Source: the human T2T-CHM13v2.0 reference genome, Homo sapiens
Length of the DNA stretch: 64,000 nucleotides
NCBI RefSeq assembly: GCF_009914755.1
Contig: NC_060940.1
Strand: one strand, 5' to 3'
Shown: in pieces, positions 14,696-28,350 of the stretch
Numbering within the stretch: the first letter of the stretch is position 1
Layout: every line of letters starts with the position of its first letter
Position numbers and translations under genes: made by a program
Notes under the pieces: model-generated
What the model was told of the DNA's origin: nothing
Seen by the model: the letters and a program-made list of their open reading frames with translations, nothing else
Databases searched by the model: none

Positions 14696-16287
14696 GGTGA
14701 AACGTTGTGGAGGGAAAATGGCATAAGCCTGTCATAACAGCATTCTCCTCCACTTTGCACTTTCCCTCCACTCCTCTTGACAGTCAAATTTCTATTCATC
14801 CATCCTTTGAGGCTCAACTCATATACCACCTCTTCACAAAGCCTTTCCCCACACTTCTGGCTCTTTTCCTCCATACACCCTTATCATACTTATGGTCCAT
14901 GCTGTACCATCCAGAGGACTACTTTATACACATACTTAACTGAGTTTCTGTTATTTATGGATACAATATTTTATTCCCCTACGTTTTTGAGGCACTTTGA
15001 AGACATAGGTCTTATATTTTACTTTCTGTAACCACCATAAATCCTAGTAAAATATTGAGAACAAGAAGACTCACAAAAAAATATGAGTTGACAAACAAAG
15101 CCTTCCAAACAGACATATCAGTCATCAAGGTCAACTTTGATCATGTTGCCACATTGCTCAAAATTCTACGGCTTCTCATTGTCTATTGGATAAACTCTAT
15201 GATCCACAGCATAGGAAATTTGGCAAGACAGTATTTTTGAAAGCATAACTCTATTTGTTTTGCTGGTTTTTCATGTTCCCCTCCCCATCATCTATCCCCA
15301 CTCTCATTAAGGCAGCTAAGACACTTCCATACATTGTGCTAGGAAAGGGAAGTGACATTAGGAAGAGAACAGAGGCAAGAAAGGCAATATTCATTGTTTT
15401 GTCTTCCAAAGGCATAATCCTTAGAAAATTTTAGAACATACTAAAAGGCATTTAAAAATATTTGGAAGAAACATTATGAAGGATAGCAAGGATTTTTTTT
15501 TTCCACCTTCAATAGTCAAAGATTTCCCTGGGTGAAAGACAGAGCTTAGACAGAAAGGGAAAAGATGAGAGAAGAGAGATCAGCAGAGTCTGGAGGAAGA
15601 AGGTCAACATATAGGGCCATAGAAACATGGAACATTTCAGCAGCGGACCCTGCCAGGAACATCCACTGTGGGAGTTAAGTGTGCAGCTCAGATGATCCCC
15701 AATGTCAGCCCAGTCATCACTGCTCAGTCCAGAACTTCTGCCTCCGAAGCTCTTCCTGTCTTGCTCACCCCAACTTCTGGGGAGGACTTGCCCTTGCCAG
15801 TCGCCAGTTGTTTCTGCCTGAGGGACTTCTCAGATCTAAGATTTTGTTGAGTCTCTTTCCCCATGTACACAACTCCATGAGGACAGCCCTCCTTATAGTG
15901 TCAAAGGGTGAAATCTGGGCATCTGAGGGGTGATATTGATGGTAAAGGTAAAGCCCCCTGGCCCCATAACATTTACCTTGGAAAATAATGGGGTAAATGA
16001 GGGGGGATGGCAGTTTTTCCCAGTACCATGGTTCAACCAAAACAAACCAACAAAATCTAACGTGTTGTCATCATACTTGCTGCTGTTGTTTGCAAGTTCC
16101 CTCATGCATTGGACCCTGTCTGTTTCATTAACCTTCCTCTCTCACTATCCCCTCCCCAGTGGCAAAACTGGGCCAAACAGTTGATATAAGATTGGGTATT
16201 TTTCCTCCCAATATCCTTTCTCTATTTAGCCCAATTTTTCCTATGGTGGAGATATGAAAGTATGAATAAGAAGATATTCCATACCTT

Positions 16288-16584
16288 CTTTTTTTTTTTT
16301 GGAGATGGGGTCTTCCTCTGTCCCCCAAGCTGAAGTGCAGTGGCATGTTCATGGCTCACTGCAGGCTTGACCTCCCAAGCTCAAGCTATCCTCCCACCTC
16401 AGGCTCCCAAGTAGCTAGGACTACAGGTGTGCACCACCACACCCAGCTAATTTTTGTATTTTTTGGTAAAGACAAGGTTTCACCATGTTCCCCAGGCTGG
16501 TCTCGAACTCCTGAGCTCATGCGATCTGCCTGCCTCACTCTCCAGAGGTGCTGGGATTACAGGCATGAGCCACCACACCTCACC
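16288..16584 (-). mobile_element. AluJ (Jb-like)
   Basis: Full dimer; 13-bp TSD tattccatacctt at 16275-16287 and 16586-16598. Confidence 0.95.
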
Positions 16585-16614
16585 GTATTCCATACCTTTG
16601 CCTGCATTGAGCAC

Positions 16615-16860
16615 CACATTTATTCATTCTATTCCATTTAACACTGTATTGGACTTGCCCCCTAATATGTACTTGCCATGTTGCTAAGTATCAGGAATAA
16701 AAAGATTGGTGAGACCTGATCTTTCTCTTCAGGAATGTCACAGGCAAGAGATACATCAACAGATGTATAAGTAATTACACTGAAATGTATTAAGTGCTGA
16801 AATGAGGCTCTTTATTTGGTGTTAAGGAATTCCAATAGAGGAAGTAAGTAACTGCAGTGG
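16615..16860 (-). mobile_element. L2 3' fragment
   Basis: 'catttattcattc..tttaacac..tattg..ctaatatgtac..tgttgctaagta..taattacactgaaatgtattaagtgct'. Confidence 0.6.
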
Positions 16861-18494
16861 AGATGGTCTTTCTCCATGGTAAAAGGCATCATAAGAAACC
16901 CACCGAAGCTCACCAGCCACATAGTGAAGCCTGTGGAGCTTCACTGAGCCATAGGCCTAGGAGACACTCTCAGAGATCACTGAGTTCAACCTTCCAGGGA
17001 TCTGGAAGATCTAATTTCAGCACCCAGCATGGGAGAGAGGATAAGAAATTCACCATTCTAATTTCTTCTCAATATCCTGAAAAGAAAGAGAAAGAGCTAG
17101 AGCAAATTTAGCCCCAGTGTACTTGGGAAAATAAGACAAAGATGGTTTGGCTTTGTAATGAAGTTTTATATTTAAGAAAAAGACAATAAATTATTTAACT
17201 TTGACTTCAAACTTCAATTCTACCTCTCTATCTCCTTAGTGCTGAGCTGACAGCTTTCCTTTTGAAATCCAAATTGTATTGAAGGCAGCCTGAACTAACT
17301 GCAGAATGGCCAGGTACCGGACTGTTTTGACACCAAGCAAGGTGTCACATATACCATACATAGCACACCCACTTTATATTTAAGACAAACTCAACCAAAC
17401 ACAACTTGTTTTTTCTTTCATGTTTCAAAAGATTCCCCAGGACATATCCCAGATTGAAGATAATCATGATTCCATACATCAGTTTCCCCTCTTTTCAGTT
17501 AATAAAATTCTGGGGGAAAATTACATTTCTCTTTTCCTTATTTCAAGAGCAAGTTTCCTCTAGAATGATTAAAATAATAGTATCAACTGAGCTTAACAAG
17601 TAAATCGAAGCTCTTTGGAAGGTACAGTCTTCCTACTGCTAGCTGAGTCAAAATTAAATATAGGAACCCTGGACAAGGGAAGTTGCAAAGATGAAGGAGA
17701 GGGGATGGGGATATGGAGATGGCCAGGGAAGTTCCATGCTTTGCTCTATTGCATCCAAGCCAACTCTGTGAAATAGGATATAAGGAGACTGAGGTTAAGC
17801 ACGAAGTCATGCCAGAACAAGTGGCCAGCAAATGGAGGTGGTAAATGTAGAACCATAATCGCTTTGCCTCACTCCCCTGAAACAGCCTTCCTCAACTAAG
17901 CCTTGTACTGCGTCTGTGTATCTCGACAGAAGCCATTTATTTCCCCAGAAGTCTTATAAACAAAAGGCACTTTTTGAAGCAGAAGAAAAAGTCACAGCTG
18001 TGAGCCTCATTTTCTGATTCCTTTTAACACCATCCTGTTTTTAGCATCCTTGTATTTTGCCCTCTGGTAAGTAGGGGGCTGATAGAGAGATCTGTGAGTG
18101 AAGATGGCGATTTACAAACCATCCTACTGGGTGCCTAATAAAATGCAAATAGAGATGTGGGGAGAAGAGACATTCTCTGTCCTCCTCTTCACAAATAAAG
18201 TGTTACAGTGCCACTTGCAGGGATCAGGAGCCTCATGCTGGGGCTGCATCTGCTCTTTCTGACGGCTCCCCAAAGATAACGGCTTCTTCTTTTTTGCAAG
18301 CCAGCAAGCTGTTCTTGGAGAGTACAAAGAGAAACCTGCTGCAGGAAAAAAAAAAAAAAGTTTCTCTAACAAGTGAGAAGAGATTCAAAAGCTTCTGCAA
18401 AAATCCAAAGTGAAAATCTGTGATAGCAAAACCCAAGCTCATGTTTTCAATAAAGGTCTTTTCAATTAGGAAGGGGAAGGATTTTAGATTCATT

Positions 18495-18745
18495 TGACAC
18501 CTGGGCCGAGTGTGCAGATGTCAGTAAAATGATTAGCCTGAAGATGGTGGAGAAGGGAAGACTGCACACCCCAGAGAAAATGGGCAGCCATTGCTCAGCT
18601 CCAGCCAATTGACGCCCTAAGGAAATGTTTTTAAAGAGATACTAGAATTCTGGATTTTATGTGAAATCTCAACTTTCAAAATAGTTATGATTATTTCTTT
18701 GCCAGCCAAGCTAAATGGGGTTCCTGAGCTATCCATTTCAACTTT
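18495..18745. mobile_element. MER102-like hAT-Charlie element
   Basis: 'gggcagccattgctcagctccagccaattg..agaattctggattttatgtgaaatctc' matches recalled MER102 core. Confidence 0.6.
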
Positions 18746-20039
18746 CAGGTTGGAAAAAACTGTAACCACCTTAAGCATCTGAACTTAGTTTACAAAGAAG
18801 GAAGTACTTGAAAAGAAGCAGAAGACCCCAAAGAATGATAAAGAAGATACCTGGAACTGTAGCATTGTGGAATCCTGGGCCGTGAAGCCCTTGAGGATAG
18901 GAGGGAGATAATAGCAAAGCTCATTTGCAGTCATGGAATCATCATTATATCCCATCCTAACTACCACCTTATGGAGTAGGTACAGAATCATTACAGTGTT
19001 ACAGATGAGGAAATTGAGGAGCAGAATGATATAGCTAGTAAGTGATGAGGAAAGGGCCTAGGCATCCCTTCCAATGGGGTCTAACTGAAACATATCAGAG
19101 TTCCAAAAATGTCATTTCATAAACAATGAATAAATACTGAGCAGATACCAGTACTTCAGGAAGGGAAGGAGAGAAAGGAAGGAAAGGAGAAAGAGAGAGA
19201 CCTACTATCTTTAAAAGTTTGCATAAGCAATCTCTTGCCTATCATTTTACTAATATTAATGTTTAGATAATATTAACCATTTTCATGAATTCTAACAGCA
19301 GGCCTTACTTTGCAATATCAAAGCTAAATTTTATTATAAATATTTACCCCTCTTTGGTTTTCAACCTTATTACTCAGCAGATAAAAACCCAAATTAAAAT
19401 TTTAAACTTATTTGTGGTGACACAAATAACCAAATAATAGAATACTTATTCATTCTTTTAAGCGAAACTGATTCATCTCCTTCCAGATCCCTCCAGCATG
19501 TTTTGTTTGTGTCAGACTTTGACGCTTAAATTTGTTTCTTGTCTTCAGATCACTTCCCCCAGCTTGAATATAAACTTTTGGAAAAATAACTAGAGGCTTT
19601 GGAAGAGAGGACCAGGATAAAGAAGACATGAGCCATTCCTTATGTGGTCTCCAGGTCGAGGGACTGGGGCTGCTTACCAAGGAGACTTGGTAAGGAATGC
19701 TTGAGTGCAAGGTAAAGACACACATAGATATTTTCAAATACTCAAGGATAGGTTCAACTAAAAGAGAGGTTAGAAATGACTCATGACCTATTGGGTAGCA
19801 CTACTACCAGTGGGCAAAGTTGCCAAGAGACAGTTTTCAATTCAACATATAAAGGACTCGAGAAAGGGCAGGCTTATAAGAAATGCTACTGGCTCCATGA
19901 AGCTGGGGCTAGATACCATTTCTAGTGCTAGAAGTTTCCAGCCAAGACTTGGAAGGTCTGTGAAATAAAAGACTCTAGCTCAGTATGTTAGACAATAAGG
20001 CAATAGGCAATTCAAAATATTTATTATCTATTTCAGAAA

Positions 20040-20610
20040 ATTGTTAAATTTTTATTATAAAATAAGTAAATATATGTATGGTTTAAAGACAGATAACAAA
20101 AGAACCATCATGTACCAACTACCCTGCTGAAGAAATAAAATGTTGCCAGTGCCTTAGAGGCTTTTTATATGCTCCTTTTAATCATATCTCCTTTCTCTCT
20201 CCCAAAGGCAATGGATATCCTGAATTTTGGATTTATCCATTGCTCTTCTTAAAGTTTTTCCATATATGTTTTTCATCCTAAAAATATATAGTTTAATTGT
20301 GTCTCACTTTGAACCTCCTATAAATGAATTTCATAAAAATAGCACGTATTCTTCTGTCTTGCTTTTTTTTTACACCAAACATGATATTTTAGATATTCAC
20401 CATGCTGACATGTATGTATACGGTTTAGTTAATTTCATTTTCATTGAACAACTGCAGCACAATTTATTCATCCTTTCTACTGATGATGAGCATATGTTTC
20501 ATTTCTGGATTTTTAATACTATGGATTATAGTGCTCTGAACATTCTTGCACATGTGCACGTGTGCAAAAGTTTTTCTAGGAGTCATACTTAGGAGAATAT
20601 AAATGGCTGG
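20040..20610 (-). mobile_element. L1ME 3' fragment
   Basis: 'aatttattcatcctttctactgatgatgagcat..tagtgctctgaacattcttgcacatgt..tttctaggagtcatacttaggaga'. Confidence 0.7.
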
Positions 20611-20725
20611 TGTGATGGTTAATTTTACGTGTCAACTTGACCCAGACTGAAACATCAGCTCTTCTTGTGTCTCAAGCCTGCCGGCTTTTGGACTGAAAAT
20701 TACAGCATTGACTCTTCTGGTTCAT
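20611..20725 (+). mobile_element. MLT2 (ERVL) LTR fragment with internal deletion
   Basis: Starts tgtgatggttaattttacgtgtcaacttgac, then jumps to 'gactgaaacatcagctcttcttgtgtctcaagcctgccggcttttggactg'. Confidence 0.75.
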
Positions 20726-21585
20726 CATGTTTTGGTAAACATCTGCTAAGGTCAGGGGTCATGTTAGGTGCTGTGGAACACAACAGAGGCAAGGAGGTCC
20801 CAACACTGGTGGGGACCACTTTGATGTCACTCACCTTCAATTTCCCATCCTTTCTATGGCACTTTTCCTGACTGTCCTATCCTATATGAGATTTTCCTTC
20901 TCATGTTCCTAAAACAATCATGCTGTTGCCCACTGCCTTTAGCTCACAATGACAGATTATCTGATGTTAGTCTCTGGACAAACATCATTTTTCAGATGCC
21001 TAACTCTCCCCTAGCAACCAGCAAAGTATGAGAAGTATGAGGTAGAAGTTTGAATAGGAATTTTGGAAATCATTGAATTTCATATTTTCACTTTAAGGAA
21101 TGGGGACAGCTCTGACTCATATTGCACTCTGAGAAGAAAAAAATCAATGTTTTGTGCAAGTAAAATAAGGCAATTGCCATTCTAGCTATAAGAGCACAGG
21201 AGGCATCAATGGGCTTTCTGCCTGTTTGCTGACCAGTTTGCAAATTATTTGTAGCCACACTGATATCCTCAGTTAGTTGCCCTGTCCCTGGCCTGTGGCC
21301 TTCTGCTTGGCTGCTACATGGGTGGTTTCCAGAAAATGCCAACTAATTTAAACATCAGCTTGGGGCAAAATATAATTAGGAAGATAAGTCTGTTGCAAAA
21401 CTACCACATAAAATCTACTCAAATCAAATAACAATAACACTATCATCTATTGTTTTAGGTCATCCGTGACTCTGTTCACCTCAAAAATAATAAATAGACA
21501 TAATTTTTTGTAAGAAATAACATTTTTATAAGAATAAGTAATTTCCCATGTATATTTTAAAATACCATAACCTAAACCTACCATA

Positions 21586-21949
21586 TGTATTAGTTCATTT
21601 TCGTGCTGCTAATAAAGACATACCCAAGACTGGGTAATGTATAAAGAGAAAGAGGTTTAATGGACTCACAGTTTCACATAGTTGGGGAGGCCTCACAATC
21701 ATGGTGGAAGGCGAAAGACACATCTTACATCACAGCAAGCAAGAGAGAGAATGAGAGCCAAGCAAAAGGAGTTTCCTCTTGAAAAACCATCAGATCTCAT
21801 GAGACTTATTCACTACCACAAGAACAGTATGGGGGAAACCGCCCCCATGATTCAATTATCTCCCATGGGTTTTCTCCCACAACATGTGGGAATTCTGGGA
21901 GCTACAATTCAAGATGAGATTTGGTTGGGGACACAGCCAAACCATATCA
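21586..21949 (-). mobile_element. THE1 (B/C-like) solo LTR
   Basis: tgtattag...ccaaaccatatca termini; 5-bp TSD ccata (21581-85, 21950-54); inserted at the start of an L1M fragment. Confidence 0.93.
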
Positions 21950-22500
21950 CCATATGACCCAACAATCTCATTCCTGGGTATTCACCTAAGTGAAATGAAA
22001 ACTCAACATTCACACAAAGACCTGTACACAAATGTTTATAGTGGCATTTTTCACAATAACCCCAAACTGAAAATAAATGTCCTTCAACTGATTAATGGAA
22101 ACAAACTGTGGTATACCCCTACAATGGAATTGCCACACAGCAATAAAAAGGAATAAACTCATAATTCCTGTTTCAACATAGATAAAATTCAAATGCACTA
22201 TACCAAGTGAAAGAAGCCAGACACACAAAGCTATACACTTTATGTTCTCATCTGTATGACACTCAGGAAAAGGCAAAATTACAGGGACAGAAAACATATC
22301 AATGGGTACCCAGGGCTGGGGTTTGGAGAGGGGTTAATTATAAAGAAACAAGAGGAGGCATTTGGGGCTGATGAGACCATTCTATTTCTTAATTTTGGTG
22401 GTATGAATCTGTAAGTGTTTTTCAAAGCTAATAGAAATGGACCTTGAAACGGATGGCTTCTACCATATGTAAATTATACCCCAGTAAACTCAACTAAAAA
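21950..22500 (+). mobile_element. L1MB/MC/ME 3' fragment
   Basis: 'ccatatgacccaacaatctcattcctgggtattcacctaagtgaaatgaaaac..aaagacctgtacacaaatgtttatag..gaaaaggcaaaattacagggacagaaaac'. Confidence 0.8.
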
Positions 22501-23893
22501 CGAGTTTAGCACTCCCTCAATCTCAGTTGTTCCTTCCTTCCACAGAGTCCCTGTATAACAGCCCAGAGCAAGGAGCCGTCCTTGCAGTTGTATTGATAAA
22601 TGCTCTTTAGAGTCATGATGGTGCAAACTCTGCTACCTCCAATTTGCAGTTATGTCACTAGAGGTTTTCAAGTTACTTGCAAAGGTTCATCATCAAGACT
22701 TTATGAGAAATAATCTAGATAGAGCTTCATTTTTAACGTACTTTCATTTTAGTAACTTGAAAAAAATTGAATTCAGGGTTTTTCATTTGCATCAGGCATT
22801 GAGATTGATAAAGTAGTTTAAATTAGCAGAAGAATTGCACACCTGTGCCACATTTTCATATCAACCACCTCAAAGACTGAGTCAGGCAAGAATTAAATCC
22901 AAAAATGATCTCTCGTTTCATCATGCACATTGGTACGAAGGAAACATACCACACTAAAGAAAACAGAAAATAAAAATAAAAATAAAATCAAAGAGGCTGC
23001 ATTTATGGTTCTCTACTTACATTTGATTATGCAGCAACTCCCAGAACACAAATGTATGTCAAATTAGTGATGAATATATATCAAAACCAATCCTAATTTT
23101 CCCCTTTTGTCTAGCCAATGAAATGATAGGCCATTTCAGGCATTCAGCTGTGTCTTCCATCTTCTGTATATCGGAACTTTGTAGATGAAACTTTACCCAA
23201 CAAACAGTCATGAGCATCTAGGAGGGGCCAGGACCTGTGCTAGGAACAGCACAACACATAAAGGTGAAGAAAACTGTGGGCTGTACCCTGAATGAAATTG
23301 AAATTTGGCAGAAAAAACAGGTATGGGCACAACTATATGTAACACAAGCAAGATTCAATTGATGTTCTAATAATATGAGGTCCCAAAGGATGGATAGACT
23401 AACTTTAACAGAGGAACTGGGAAGGCATCACGAAGGTGGTGGCATTTGACTTGGGTAGGGTTTCAACAAACAAGGATGGAGAAGCAGTCTTCCTCTGTGA
23501 GTGGGAGACACTGAACAGCAAGGAGTGGCAAATAACTGGAGAATGAATGAGGTAAGTGGATGGATAGAAGGTAAGACAGAATCCTGTAAAGATTGTGAAG
23601 ACATGAATTCCAGAACAAGGGTGTGGAGTGAAGGATCAGAGACTAGGTTTATGAACTAAGAAGCAGCAATCATTTTTGGAGGCAAAACCAGGGAGTAATT
23701 AAAAGTCACTGCTAAAGAGCCAGGCAATCCTTGAGCTGAGTCCCATGCCTGCTGTCTCAGAACTCAGACTGTCTTGCATGCAATAGATGTCTATAAAACA
23801 TATATTCTTCTCCCTTCCTTGCTAATAGAATGTGATTTGGTTTGGGCAGCTGTTTGTCCAACTTTAGGATATGAATTACTAATGGTCTAAGAC

Positions 23894-25235
23894 AACAGTT
23901 TTCAAAGTGTGATCCACGGACCCTTGGGGGTCCCTGAGATCCTTTCAGGAAGTCTGCAAGAAATAAACTATTTTCATAAGAATGCTAATGCATTATTTAT
24001 TCTTTTCACTGTGATGCAAAAGCAATGATGGGCAAAACTGCTTGGGCCTTAAGAATAAATCAAGGCAGGGCCACCAAACTGCATCAATAGCCATGTTGTG
24101 ATGTTCATCACCATTGCAAAAAAAAAAAAAAAAAAAAAAACAAGCCTGCTTTGGTGAAAAAGCAAGAAAAAGTATTAATAAATTATTTCTATTAAATCCG
24201 GACCCTTAAACACACATCTTTTAAATGTTTTATGTGTGATGAAATGAGAAGTACAGATGAAGCACTTCTAGCCATGAAAAAAAATCTGTGGTTGTTTTAA
24301 GAAAAGGCAACTTGTGCAATTGTTTGAATTATGAGCTGAACTAGTCACTTTTATCACGGAACATCATTTTTACTTAAAAGAGCAACTGACAAATCATGGT
24401 AATTCAGACTTAGGTATTTGACAGACAGGAAAACAACTGATAGTATTTGTTGTCAACAATAAGATACAGGCTTTCAAATGAAAATTAAAATTTTAGAGAA
24501 TTTGTACCCATCATTGACAGCTTAACAACTTCTCGACATGTAAAGACTTTTGTGATGACATCTGTGGGGATATAGATGAACATGATTTTTGTATCACATA
24601 ATAAAATATAAAAATATTTAGAAGATATGCATAACTCAAAAAACCAATAGCTTCCAAATTACTAATGCATGATGTTACAAAATTATATATGGATAAAAGA
24701 CCCCTTCAAATGGAAAAGAGACCAGTGGAATATAATGAAACAAAGTACTAAAACATTTATAGGTATGGTTTCAGATTCCACATTGCAGTTAACCTTTAAC
24801 AAACTACCACTTGGTGAGTTTGGGTATAGTATCAAAGAAGAATATCTACAATTACCTGAAAAAGCTATTAAGATATCCTGAGGCTGAATTTTCTTCATAT
24901 ACTTCAACCAAACCAAAATATCACAACAAATTAAATACAGAAGCAGATATGAGAATCCAGGTGTCTTCTATTAAGCCAGACATTAAAGAGATGTACAAAA
25001 CATAAAGCAATACCACTCTTTTTGCTATTTTTTTGAAAAATAGTTATTTTTCAGCAAAAATATTTTAATGTTAACAGGCATTATGTTATTTTAATAAATT
25101 CATGAATGTTTAAAAAATTTATGTTTTAATTTCAATATCAATAAAGATCACACAAATAAACAAAGCTCTCTGGAGTCCTCAACAATTTTTAAGGGTGAAA
25201 ACGGCTCCTTAGACAAAATAGTCTAAGAACCACTC
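23894..25235 (+). mobile_element. Charlie1(a)-like hAT DNA transposon with transposase remnant
   Basis: Termini 'cagttttcaaagtgtgatccacggaccc'/'aagaaccact'; ORFs 24669-25005 give C-terminal hAT dimerisation-like peptide (EKAIKI..EAEFSSY..KYHNKLNTEADMRIQVSSIKPDIKEM); sits inside an older MLT1 LTR; strand given for the transposase remnant. Confidence 0.85.
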
Positions 25236-25646
25236 TGTTAAGCCAATCAAGGCAACCCAACTTTCCTCTTTCAGGTACTCAGTTTCCTAACTTCTCTGAA
25301 AGGTGAGGATGATGGTATGATCTAGTTCTAACTTATTAGTTGAGAAAGGAAGTTTGCTGGAGACGTCTAGAAACGGTTTTCCTACCTACTGCTTCTAGTC
25401 CTTTTGGATAAGATCAAGTGTAAAAAGGATTTTACTTCCTGAAAATGAGAGAAGAGTATAAAGAAAAGACTCTTTGCTACATCTCCTTTTATTTCTTGCT
25501 TGGGTGCTGTTGTATGAAAACGTGATGCTAGGGAGAGCCTATCGAAGCCATCCTTCAATGCATTGATGACCCACTGAAGGTGGCAGAAAGAAAGCATCAA
25601 AGGAGGCTGAATCTTTTAGGATATCATTGAGCTCCAGTAAAACCTG

Positions 25647-25997
25647 CGGCATGGTTTGACTCTATGTCCCCACCCAAATGTCATCTCCACCTGTAATCCC
25701 TATGTGTGAAGGGAAGGACCTGGTAGGAGGTGACTAGATCATGAGGTGTTCTCCCCCATGCTGTTCTCATGACAGTGAGTGAGTTCTGAGATCTGATGGT
25801 TTTATAAGTAGCAGTTTCCCCTGTGATCTCTCTTTCCTGCCACCTTGTGAAGAAGGTACTTCTTTCTCCTTCACCTTCCACCATAATTGTAAGTTTCCTG
25901 AGGCCTCCCCAGCCATGTGGAACTGTGAGTCAATTAACCACTTTCCTTTAAAAATTACCCAGTCTTGAGTATTTCTTCATAGCGGTGGACTAATACA
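25647..25997 (+). mobile_element. THE1D/MSTA-like solo LTR
   Basis: 'atggtttgactctatgtccccacccaaat..ccatgctgttctcatg..gtaagtttcctgaggcctccccagccatgtggaactgtgagtcaatt..ggactaataca'; TSD acctg/atctg. Confidence 0.9.
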
Positions 25998-26769
25998 ATC
26001 TGCTTCAGGATTTCCTATAAATCAATAAGTACTTTTGCCAGTTTAAGCCACCTTAGCCAGGTTTAGAAAGTATTCCTAATACTCCTCCTAGAGATATAGT
26101 GATAATTCAATGAGATAATACAGATAAGGTACTTAAAATAGTGCCTGACTCATGGCAAACACATAATAAGTGTTAATGATTATTATAGGTTTGTTATGAA
26201 GACCAAATGAGGTAATGTATGTAAAGTGATTAGCTTGTTCTCATTTGCATGAAAAACTACCAGTGAGAAACCTTTTTCAATAACATTCGCACTTGAGACT
26301 GCCTCATCACATACCCAAGCTCATATTGTTTCCTTATTCTTTTCCCAGTTAGAATAGTTGTATTTCTGGACGGTTTAACTGCTATTATTGTACCAAGAAG
26401 GAAATCAATGGTTTTTGATAGCAAAACAGAACTTCTAAGGTATTCATATTACATTTTTTTTGCACTTGCCATATTCCAATAAAAAAGAAGCTTGCAAACC
26501 ATGTAAATTATCTCTAATTTCAGTGAACATGCAACTACTCATAACACTATTATTTTGAGGTGTCACTTTATTTATTAGACGTGGCCTACATGCATAGATA
26601 CAATGATAACCACAAGACAGTCTAGAATACAAACACTCGGAAAATCAAAGTAATTATTAAAGTGTTTTCAGACATCCAGAAATAATAGAGGGGTGAAAAA
26701 ATACAAATGGCAGATACCCAGATTAATATCAGTTCAAATGAAAGAAAAAAGAGCACTAACTGATCTCAG

Positions 26770-26955
26770 ACCCTAGAGTCAAGAATAATGTGGCAGGCCC
26801 CACAAAAGCTGTGACTATGTCCTAAAGCTATATGGATAAAGATACAATATATAGAAGAACAGATTTAGAAGTCTTAGCTTATACTGGTCGAACTATGCCT
26901 GAAATGCTACATTCTGAGAATCTCTTTTCACAAGAAAATTTTACTAACTCAACGG
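26770..26955 (+). mobile_element. CR1/L3 fragment
   Basis: 'gagtcaagaataatgtggcagg..aaagctgtgactatgtcc..ctggtcgaactatgcctgaaatgctacattctg' resembles the L3 3' ORF2 region. Confidence 0.5.
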
Positions 26956-27248
26956 TATTTAGGTCCATTATACTTGCCATTTCCTAGGACATGTTTTTTT
27001 TCTTTTTTGATAATCTGTTGATGCCTTGCCCTAGGAGAGATTTTTCCAGAGCCGTCATGGAAAGGACACGGTATGTCTAGCTTGGACTTAGCCTGACATG
27101 TGTTTGAAACCTGGTTCTGCCATTTACTAGCAGTCTGACTGCTACCTGTCTCTAGTCAACATACAATTTGTGTTCAATTTTAGGAGGTTCATTTATAATC
27201 TTCTCATTCCCCAAGCCTATCTAAAATTTGTCCATTTACCTTCCCAGT

Positions 27249-27360
27249 TCAGGTGACCAACTGTCCTCGTTGCCCAGGAGTGAGGAGACTCCAGGACACA
27301 GGTATTTTCAGTGCTAAAACAGGAAAAGTCCCAGGCAAACTGGATGAATCGGTCACCATA
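27249..27360. mobile_element. MER81 (hAT-Blackjack MITE)
   Basis: TIRs 'tcaggtgaccaact'/'aatcggtcaccata'; core 'tttcagtgctaaaacaggaaaagtcccaggcaaactgg'; 8-bp TSD ttcccagt/ctcccaga. Confidence 0.85.
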
Positions 27361-27734
27361 CTCCCAGATGAAAGTCAAGAAAGACTGGCCAGAGCCAGAG
27401 GCTACTATTTTGAGATATTTTTACATCGTCTTGATTTTCTATTGGTATCCCAGTAGGAAACACTCAAAATGATAAAGAAAAGAAGTAGAAGCTTCATTCT
27501 GCAGCTAGTTTGATAGAGGCACCCACAAAAGAAAGAGTGAGTAGGGATAGTTTTCTATGCGAGAAGGAACCATAGAAACCAACAGACCAAGACTGTTGGT
27601 TCCAGTCTTGGGACCAACAGTCTAGGAGGAAAAGGAGTGCATGAGACAGCTACCTGGGCCTGACCCTGACAATGGGTTCTGGGGCTCAACTACAGAAAGG
27701 CCTAATGAGAGTTGCCTCCAAGGAAATCCCACAG

Positions 27735-27960
27735 GAGCAAAAGCTTTGGAGTTAGACAGACTCGGGTTTGCAATTCAACTCTGCCATCTATAAGCAATGT
27801 GGCCTGAGCATGTCACCCAACTGATTTGGGCCTCAGTTGCCCCATCTGAAAAGTGGAAACAAGATTAGAGGGTTTACAAGAGGACTCGGTGAATTTGTAT
27901 TTATGTAAGTCCTTGGCATATTGCTCCGGAATTATTATGCATTCCATTTATTATTGTTAT
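27735..27960 (+). mobile_element. MIR
   Basis: 'gctttggagttagacagactcgggtttgcaattcaactctgccatctataagc..cctcagttgccccatctgaaaagtgg'. Confidence 0.8.
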
Positions 27961-28069
27961 TATTTTTTATAGAAGACACTTGTAGGGACTGATAGTGCTC
28001 ATCCCAGAAAAGTGGTAGGTGGGGATAAAGGATCATGATCATTGTCTTTATTTTTTTCTTATTGTGATT

Positions 28070-28350
28070 TTTCCATTTAGAAAATTTATCGCGCATAACA
28101 GATTACATAGTTCTGGGTATATGCAGCAATTTAATACACTTACATAATTTGTAAAGATCAAATCTGTGTACTTGGGACATCCATCACCATAAACATTTGC
28201 CTTTTCTTTATGCTAGAAGCATTCGAATTCTTCTCTTGTAGGTATTTTTAAATGTACGATATATTATTGTTGACTACAGTCACCCTACTACTCTACTGAA
28301 GAATAGGTCTTATTTCTTCTATCAAATAATGTATTTGTACCCATTAATAC
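28070..28350 (-). mobile_element. L1MA (6-8-like) 3' end fragment
   Basis: 'tgtaaagatcaaatctgtgtacttgggacatccatcacc..ttgttgactacagtcaccctact..tttgtacccattaa'. Confidence 0.8.

Noticed and set aside
15620-15850. GC-richer block with several overlapping short ORFs
   Set aside because: Looks like a degenerate LTR16/LTR33-type ERVL fragment; too diverged to call, and no coding signal.
19673-19694. 9-bp hairpin with GAGA tetraloop (cttaccaag-gaga-cttggtaag)
   Set aside because: Isolated 9-bp stems are expected by chance in 64 kb; no supporting context.
24669-25005. hAT transposase-like peptides read as a domesticated gene
   Set aside because: Short, frameshifted and inside an internally deleted Charlie1-type copy.
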